From NCBI RefSeq assembly GCF_018977255.1, contig NW_024704757.1, positions 6,944,001 through 7,008,000 of the forward strand: 64,000 bases of DNA, in the 5' to 3' direction. The stretch is from Callorhinchus milii (lineage: Eukaryota). Each line of letters starts with the position of its first letter. The first letter of the stretch is position 1. This document shows, piece after piece, positions 56,975 through 64,000 of this stretch. Under the pieces are notes generated by a model. The model was not told where the DNA came from. It worked only from the letters and a program-made list of their open reading frames with translations, and did not search any database. Both the position numbers and the translations under genes were made by a program.

Positions 56975-57142
56975 GTGGTCACTGCCCTGGCTGTCCCATG
57001 GCGACTGTCACGTGGTCACTGCCCTGGCTGTCCCATGGCGATTGTCACGTGGTCACTGCCCTGGCTGTCCCATGGCGATTGTCACGTGGTGACTGCCCTG
57101 GCTGTCACGTGGTCACTGCCCTGGCTGTCACATGGTGACAGT
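56975..57142. repeat. 37-bp tandem repeat (GTGGTCACTGCCCTGGCTGTCCCATGGCGAYTGTCAC x3 plus two shortened units) carrying four CACGTG E-boxes
   Basis: Directly visible; CACGTG at 57009, 57046, 57083 and 57106, each in GTCACGTGG context. Confidence 0.9.
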
Positions 57143-57260
57143 CCCAGTTGGAGTCAGCTGGGATGTGCAGCCCCGCCCCCACCCCGTTGATTGACAGCTC
57201 AGTGCGCGGCTCTGGTCCGAACTCGAGGCCCAGGCTCCGGCTCCCGGACTAGGCCCTGCG

Positions 57261-60200
57261 ATGATGAGCTGCTCGGTGAGCCGCGGTTGCTGGGCCCCTG
57301 CTCTGAGGGCTGCAGTGAGGTGGAGGCCGGGGCTCGGGGCGGGCCTGTACTGCACAGAGAGCGGCCCCAGGGTTAGGTTCGCCCCCAGCCCCACAGGTAC
57401 AGGCGGCGGCCGGCATTACTGGCTCCAAGCCAGGGGGTGACTGGGGGGGGGAGGGGGGGTTCAGTGTAGAGAATGTGGTGTTTCACCCACAAAACACACA
57501 GTCACTACACTTTACATCATCATAATAATAATAATCCTTGCACTTGATATAGCGCTTTTCACGTCTTCTCAGAATAGACTGTAAAGTGAATTGACGGTAT
57601 ATTTGTGGGCGAAACTTTATATTCTGTGGTTACTAAATCCACCACTGTTTGTGGGGCAGTGCTGTGAGCAATTGGCTGCCACAAAATATACAGTACAATA
57701 CAGCCCAACCTGAGTGTCTGACACACGCGGAAACCTACCACCCGTTGCTTAAGAGTCTCCAAACCAGACTGAGAATTCCACACATCCCATCTACACGTGG
57801 AAATCCCCGAGACAGATTGTCGGAATGGAATGCACTCTCTCTTTCTCCTGGAGGGAGGTCCCCCACCCCCCCCCCCACTGCTTACCTAATTCCGGAAAGT
57901 ATTAGGCGCAGGTTGGCGAGAGCCAAGGCTTGGGGTTAGCCCAGAGCGTGCGTTGGGGTGACTGCTGGAATCTAACCAAATTAGTCACACTGATATTGCT
58001 GTCCGTCAAGCTTTCCCGCTGCTTGTCCAGCTAGGACCACCCTACCCGTTAAGGCTGTGGCTTACAGGTTTAACAGGAGCTGCGTGCGTTGATTCCCTGC
58101 CCCTAGTTACTGGTCTGCCATTCCAGGTCCTGACGACGAGCCACCAGAGCCCTGGCTCAAATTCCGACATTCCATTGCCAGGCAGGTCACTTCACAGTAT
58201 ATTCTGTGAGGCGCTTTGCGACGTCTAAAAGACGTGATAAAGCGCTGTATCAAATGCAAGGATTATTATTGAGGTAAATTGGATGGACCTTGGACTTCCT
58301 TCGTCCAGAAAATCTTATGTTCCTCTGACGGTTTGTGTGGCTGTTTCACCAGGTTTCTTGCACTTGGGCGGGCTCCGCAGTGCTCTGTATAATTACATAT
58401 TTGCAAAGAAATACGGGGGCCGCTTTGTGATGAGGATAGAGGATACTGACCAGAGCCGCCTGGTTCCCGGAGCGGAGACCAGTCTCGAGGACCTCCTGGA
58501 GTGGGCAGGTGTGTGTGCGAATGGGCCGAGGCCGGAAGGGAAATCGTTTCATTTCTTTTTATTTTATTTCCCCTTCCTTCCCCATCTTTAGGTCATGCCT
58601 GAAGACCTTCATCTTCGACCGTGCCTACGGTAATCTCCCCCCTCTCCCTCCTCCTGTCTGCCTGTTCAGGAGGACGTTAAAGATCTCATAGCCCTATTCA
58701 AAAAGAGAATGGAGTTGCTCTCTGTTTCTCCCAGCGTCCTGGCCATCAAAACCCCTAAATAAGATTGGTTGTTCAATCCATGACTGTTTGTGGGACGCTG
58801 CTGCGCACAATTGGCTGCTGTGTTTCGCTCACAAAATATACAGTCAATTCACTTTACAGTATATTCTGTGAAGCGTTTGCGATGTCTCGAAGACGTGGTA
58901 AGGTGCCATATCAAATGCAAGGATTATTATTACTATTATTAGAACCCATCCCACCCCAGTGTGGTCTCTGTTCCAGGGATCCCCCCTGATGAGAGCCCCC
59001 GGCGTGGGGGGCCGCTGGGACCATATCGGCAGTCGGAGCGACTGGAGCTGTACCGGCTGGCGGCGGATACTCTGATTGAGAGGGGCGCCGCGTACCACTG
59101 CTTCTGCAGCCCCCAGCGACTGCAACTGTTGAAGAAGGAGGCGCTGAGAAGCGGAGAGACACCCAGGTGGGTGCAACCGAAAACTGATCAGTTACACGGA
59201 GGAGGTACTGGCTCCCCAAACCCAAGCGGGCCCAGAGGCACTGGGGGGAATCCTCGTCCTAAACGCGGCTTCAGTCAGACTGACCTGACAAGCTTGTGAG
59301 AGGTCTCTTTCTGTACAGCCTTTCATAATCTTCATGCAGCTCCTGTACGCCTCTCTCTATGATCCTTTTACTAATTACTGTATAAATTATGTAACTCAGG
59401 AGACCTATCTGGAGTCTCACAGGATTCACCTGCTATTCAGCCTATCTGGAGCTCTCTACTCTAACCCCATTCCCTGCTCTCTCTCTTCCCATCGTGTCTG
59501 TGCTGGTGCTCGCTCCCCCACTGGAGCTCTCTACTCTTTAACATTGTTCCTTGCTCTTACCACCTTCACTGTTGGTAATTTATTAACTCTCCAGGTATGA
59601 CAACCGCTGCCGGCACCTAACGCCGGGAAGAGTGGAGGAGAAACTAGCCCAGGGACAGCCGCACGTGATCCGGTTCCGGCTGGACCAGGGGGCGACGAGC
59701 TTTGAGGATCTAGTGTACGGCGGGACCTGTCACGAGGTGGGCAGTGTGGAGGGGGACCCGGTGGTGCTAAAGGCAGATGGCTTCCCCACCTACCACCTGG
59801 CCAACGTGGTGGATGACCACCACATGAGGATCAGCCATGTGCTGCGGGGGACAGAGTGGCTGGTGTCCACCTCCAAACACCTGTTGCTGTACCGCGCCCT
59901 GGGCTGGCGGCCGCCCACCTTTGCACACTTACCGCTGCTCCTGAACCCCGACGGGAGCAAGCTCTCCAAGCGCCGCGGCGATGTCTTCGTCCAGCACTTT
60001 GTGGAGAGAGGCTACCTACCTGAGGCCCTACTGGACATCGTCACTCACTGCGGCTCCGGGTTCACAGGTAACAGTGATCCCCAGCTGACCAGCGTAGTCA
60101 CTGTGTAATCAAGCACACCTGGGGTCTGACAACCGGGCGGAAACCCATCACCCACTTAAGAGTATCCAAACCAAGCTGAAAATTCCATGCATCCCACCTA

Positions 60201-62683
60201 CACGTGAAAATCCCAAAGATAGATTGTTGGAATGGAATGCACTCTCTCCGTGTAGGGATGCATCCTGCTTACCTAATTCCGGAAAGTATTGGAAAGAGCC
60301 AAGGTTTGGGGACCCCGGAATGTGCGTTGGGATAACTGCTGGAGTCTAACCAACTAAAACTGCATTGTTTGCCATTGATATTGCTGTCTGGCAAACTTTC
60401 CCACTGCTTGTCCAGGTAGGACCACCGTCCCCGTTAGGGCTGTGGGTTGCAGGGCTAACAGTTGCTGAGTGGGAGGATTCCTAAGTGCTGTCTGTCCTTT
60501 CAAGTCCCGCCGATGAGCCCAGCTGTGTGGTGCCATCATCAGCAGTGCCCCAGAGAACGCAGCAAAACAGCTCCCTGTGAGGTCTCGTAAGCGGTTACAA
60601 AATGAGTGATGAATTGTATCTGGTTTCGCTGCAGAGGCTCGGATGGGACGGACTTTGCCGGAGCTGATTTCGGAGTTCGATATCACCAGGATCACCACAC
60701 ACTCGGCACTTCTGGACCTCGACAAGCTGCCGGATTTCAACAGGTGACGTGGGTGGATGGGGATCGGGGGAGCAAGGGGCGGAGTGTGGGGGAGAGTGTG
60801 CAAGTGGGAGTGTGTTGAATTATCTCTAAGCCTCTCATTTATCTCTCCACCAACTCTCTTTTCTCACAGGATTCACCTGCTGCACCGTATCCAGGATGCA
60901 AGCTGGCGGCAGGCATTGGTGGGGGAGTTGGCGGCTCTGGTTGGGAAGGTTTATGGTCAGCACCACCCCAGCCTGGAGCACGTGGAGCGTGTACTGTTGC
61001 TCAGGAAGGTAATAATGATAATAATTGTTGCATTTGATATAGCACCTTATCACGTATTGAGACGTCTGAAACGCACGTGTATAGTGTAGTAACTGTGGAC
61101 TAAACGTAGCAGCCAGTTGTGCACAGCAGTGCCCCACAAACAGTCGTAGATTAGTGACCACTTTTTTTTGGAAGCATTATTACCACCGGAAAAGCGATCC
61201 ACCAATCAGCTAACAACTGGGTTTCTACTTACTGCTGGGTAAATAGGGACTTGTGGAGTAAGAAAAATTGACTAAGGTTTCGCCCTGGGCGGGAATCAAA
61301 CCTGGGTCCTCTCGCTTGCAAGGCAAGCTCTCTAACCACTGAGCTGAGGACTTTACGTTGTGAATTTCAGATCATGTGACTGGGGGGATGGGGGGAACGA
61401 TGGTGTCGGAGCTGCTGGTGATTTATCTTCCTCGGCCACAGGGTCACGTGACGCGGCTGCATGAGCTGGTGTCTCCCTCCTACGCCTACCTGTGGGTGCG
61501 GCCCCAGGTCCCACACCAGCAGCTGGACCGACTGTCACCTGAGAGTGAGAAGATCTGTCGCCTTGTAATGGAGTAAGTGCCTATCCGTCTATCCTCACCC
61601 GGCTTCACTGGATCCCCAGCCCCCAGATGATAGTGTTCAAGATCCTTTGAAGCCCTCCACAGCGTTGCTCTTCCCTACACCTATGACCTGCTAACCCATA
61701 CCGGCATGTCCACTTCCTCTGCTTGGCGGACACTGGCCTTCCCACCCCACCATTGGCGGTCAGGCCTTCAGTCCCTTTGGAACTCCATCCCTTCGTCCCT
61801 TAGCCTTGCTCCCTCCCTTGCCCCCTTCAAGGCCCACTGAAGTCCCTCATTGACCGCGCCTTCGGTCACCTTCCCTGCACTCCGCTCCTCCTGATCCCAA
61901 CTCTCAGCTCAGGTGCAAATCCCTGATTGTCCAGTGATTTAAAACGTCCTCGCAAAGTGAAGGGTACTGTGTAAATGTCATTTGTTCTTCTTGTTGTGCC
62001 TCTGTGTTGCGCCTGGGGTCACACCTGGGTTGTACACAAATGAATGGCATGGCCGAGCACTGAGTCTCTCCTCTTTCCTTACAGCCTAGTCCGGGGCCAA
62101 CAACACAGCACTGTCAGCACTCAGGAGCTGGGCTGTGAGCTGAGGGGGTTACACACACAGGTCAAAGACACCAAGTACAGCGTCATGATGACACTCCTCC
62201 GCCTGGCGCTGAGCGGCCAGCAGGTAACAGGTCTCCTGAGCCTCGGGTGGAGGGGGAGGAGCAGAGACTTCTCGTTTGTGCTGTTGCTTTGTTTTTTGCC
62301 TTCAGCCTCTCTGCCCCCACCCTTTGGAACTCCATCCCACAATCCTTTCACCTCGCTCCCTCCCTTGCCTCCTTCAAGGCATATCTCAAAACCCTCCTCT
62401 TCGACTGCACCTTCAGCCACCCTTCTACCTCTACCCTCCCTGCCCTCCACCTCTCCTGATGCCAACACCAGCTCGGGTCCAAATCCTGATTGTCCAGCGC
62501 CTTGGGACGTCCTCCCGACATGAATGGTGCTGTGTAAATGTCAATTGTTATTGTTGATGAGGGTCCTCTCTGATTGATCTGTCTGTTCCCTCCTGACAGC
62601 AAGGCCCCAGCGTGGCTGAGATGATAATGTCGTTGGGATTTGAGGAGGTGTGTGAGCGGTTGGAGCGAGCTGTGGCCCACTGA
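57261..62683 (+). CDS. EARS2: Mitochondrial glutamyl-tRNA synthetase, 518 aa; join(57261..57396,58353..58508,58977..59166,59595..60067,60635..60743,60870..61008,61442..61572,62085..62223,62600..62683)
   Basis: Nine GT-AG exons in frame (1557 nt). Arg-rich presequence, [16 protein letters not shown] (HIGH-like), [47 protein letters not shown] (KMSKS-like), and C-terminal [17 protein letters not shown]. Confidence 0.96.
57701..58185 (+). mobile_element. MITE-like family copy nested inside a SINE in EARS2 intron 1
   Basis: The SINE sequence breaks after ...ACAAAATATACAGT (~57694) and resumes as CACTTCACAGTATATTCTGTG (~58188); the insert matches the 24012-24451 family. Confidence 0.65.
60115..60500 (+). 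mobile_element. MITE-like family copy in EARS2 intron 4
   Basis: GGAAACCCATCACC...CTTAAGAGTATCCAAACCAAGCTG...CTTACCTAATTCCGGAAAGTATT...GCTTGTCCAGGTAGGACCACC. Confidence 0.7.
61010..61352 (-). mobile_element. Full-length tRNA-derived SINE abutting the EARS2 exon 6 donor
   Basis: Head (AGCTCAGTGGTTAGAGAG...GGTTTGATTCCC) near 61350; the (TAA)n tail complement begins right at the GT donor (61009). Confidence 0.75.
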
Positions 62684-63339
62684 CCACAGAGGGGGGTTCT
62701 ATATGGGACCTGTGGTCAATGAAAGAGAACCACCCCCTCCGTATCTGTGCTCCGCTGTGACAGTGGTGGAGGTCTCAGCCCCATCTCGAGGAAGAAGGGG
62801 AAAAAATCAGCTTCATTAGGACGCAGTTGGAAAGTGCACACTGCAGATGTCGGGTATAAACAGGTTGGATTTGATACAACCTCCCTGAAACACACACTCA
62901 CTCGTATTCACACGCTCACTCTCTCTCACAGGCACACGCACACGTACACGCACATGCTGCTTTCACAAGTATACTACTTGGGTTGCCAGAAATTCAAATA
63001 CTTTTGTAGTCCCAAAGTCAACTCAATACTAGCCCAAAAGTAGCCCAATATCATGCACTGTTTAAGAAAAGGTCTTCAAAGGAAAAACTTTTGCAGGTTT
63101 CAATTAAAAATCTTAAAAATGTGAATCTGCCCAATCTGGCAATATCGTACTACCTCATTTTCTCTTCCCCCCACTCCACACACACACACACTCACACGCA
63201 TCACACGCTCACACCGTGCTGGCAGGGTGAGGTGCCAGAGGATCAAGCCTGATTCGAAATAAAGTTTGGAAAATCAACTCAGCATCTGGTTTCTGTAGTG
63301 ATTTGGGACTTGAGGATATTTGAAAAGCTGGGCTGAAAT

Positions 63340-64000
63340 GTGCTGAGCTGTTGATGGGCTTGGCTGGTGTGAGCTGTGCTGTGTTGGGCTGAGGCGATTG
63401 GAGCTGCGTTGGGATCTGAGCTGTGCTGTGTTGGGCGATGTGTTGGGTTCTGTAATGGGGTGAACTGGGCGCTGTGTTGAACTGGGCTGTGTGATGAGCT
63501 GTGCTGTGTTGGGCGATGTGTTGGGTTGTATAATGGGGTGAGCTGGGCGCTGTGTTGAACTGGGCTGTGTGATTAGCTGTGCTGTGCTGTGTTGGGCGAT
63601 GTGTCGGGTTGTGTAATGGGGTGAGCTGGGCTGTGTGATGAGCTGTGCTGTGTTGGGTTGTGTAATGGGGTGAGCTGGGCTGTGTGATGGGGTGAGATGG
63701 GGTGAGCTGTGCTGTGTGCTGGGTTGTGTAATGGGGTGAGCTGGGCTGTGTGATGAGCTGTGCTGTGTTGGGGGTTGTGTGATGGGGTGAGCTGGGCTGT
63801 GTGATGGGTTGTGTGATGGGGTGAGCTGGGCTGTGTGATGGGTTGTGTGATGGGGTGAGCTGGGCTGTGTGCTTGGCTGTGTGCTGGGCTGTGTGATGGG
63901 GTGAGCTGTGATGTGCTGTGTTGGGCGATGTGTTGGGCTATGTGCGGTGTCGGGCTACTTGTTGGGCTATTTGTTGTGTTGTGACGGGCTGTGGGCGGGG
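63340..64000. repeat. G/T-rich minisatellite built from GGGGT, GAGCT, GGGCT and GTGT modules; runs to the window end
   Basis: Recurring GGGGTGAGCTGGGCTGTGTGATG and GAGCTGTGCTGTGTTGGG units. Confidence 0.9.

Noticed and set aside
56975-57142. 37-bp repeats as a possible CRISPR array
   Set aside because: Units are head-to-tail with no unique spacers, there are no cas genes, and the context is vertebrate.

Overview
Eukaryotic (vertebrate) genomic DNA, not prokaryotic. The SINE/LINE complement suggests a cartilaginous fish, probably a chimaera (inference). Five protein-coding genes were reconstructed by hand from GT-AG boundaries and reading-frame continuity. They are: the 3' end of a RASD/Rhes-like small GTPase (+, 1-363); PLK1 (+, 11 coding exons, 587 aa); ERN2/IRE1-beta (-, 22 exons, 967 aa); UBFD1 (-, 7 exons, 295 aa); and EARS2 (+, 9 exons, 518 aa). 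Introns and intergenic DNA are dense with tRNA-derived SINEs, L2 and CR1 LINE 3' fragments, a ~440-bp MITE-like family, a palindromic hairpin element family, and several minisatellites. There is one assembly gap (54261-54406). The most unusual signals are: (1) a degenerate Penelope-type minimal hammerhead ribozyme core inside one of three long-hairpin elements in ERN2 introns, whose arms co-vary within each copy; (2) an E-box tandem repeat plus an L2 insertion inside the UBFD1/EARS2 head-to-head promoter; (3) an Ig switch-region-like GAGCT/GGGGT/GGGCT repeat at the right end; (4) an extra PLK1 intron relative to human; (5) a 34-bp inverted repeat bracketing PLK1 exons 3-4. Most short ORFs in the supplied track are repeat-derived or low-complexity noise. 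Repeat boundaries are approximate, and comparisons with human genes are from memory.
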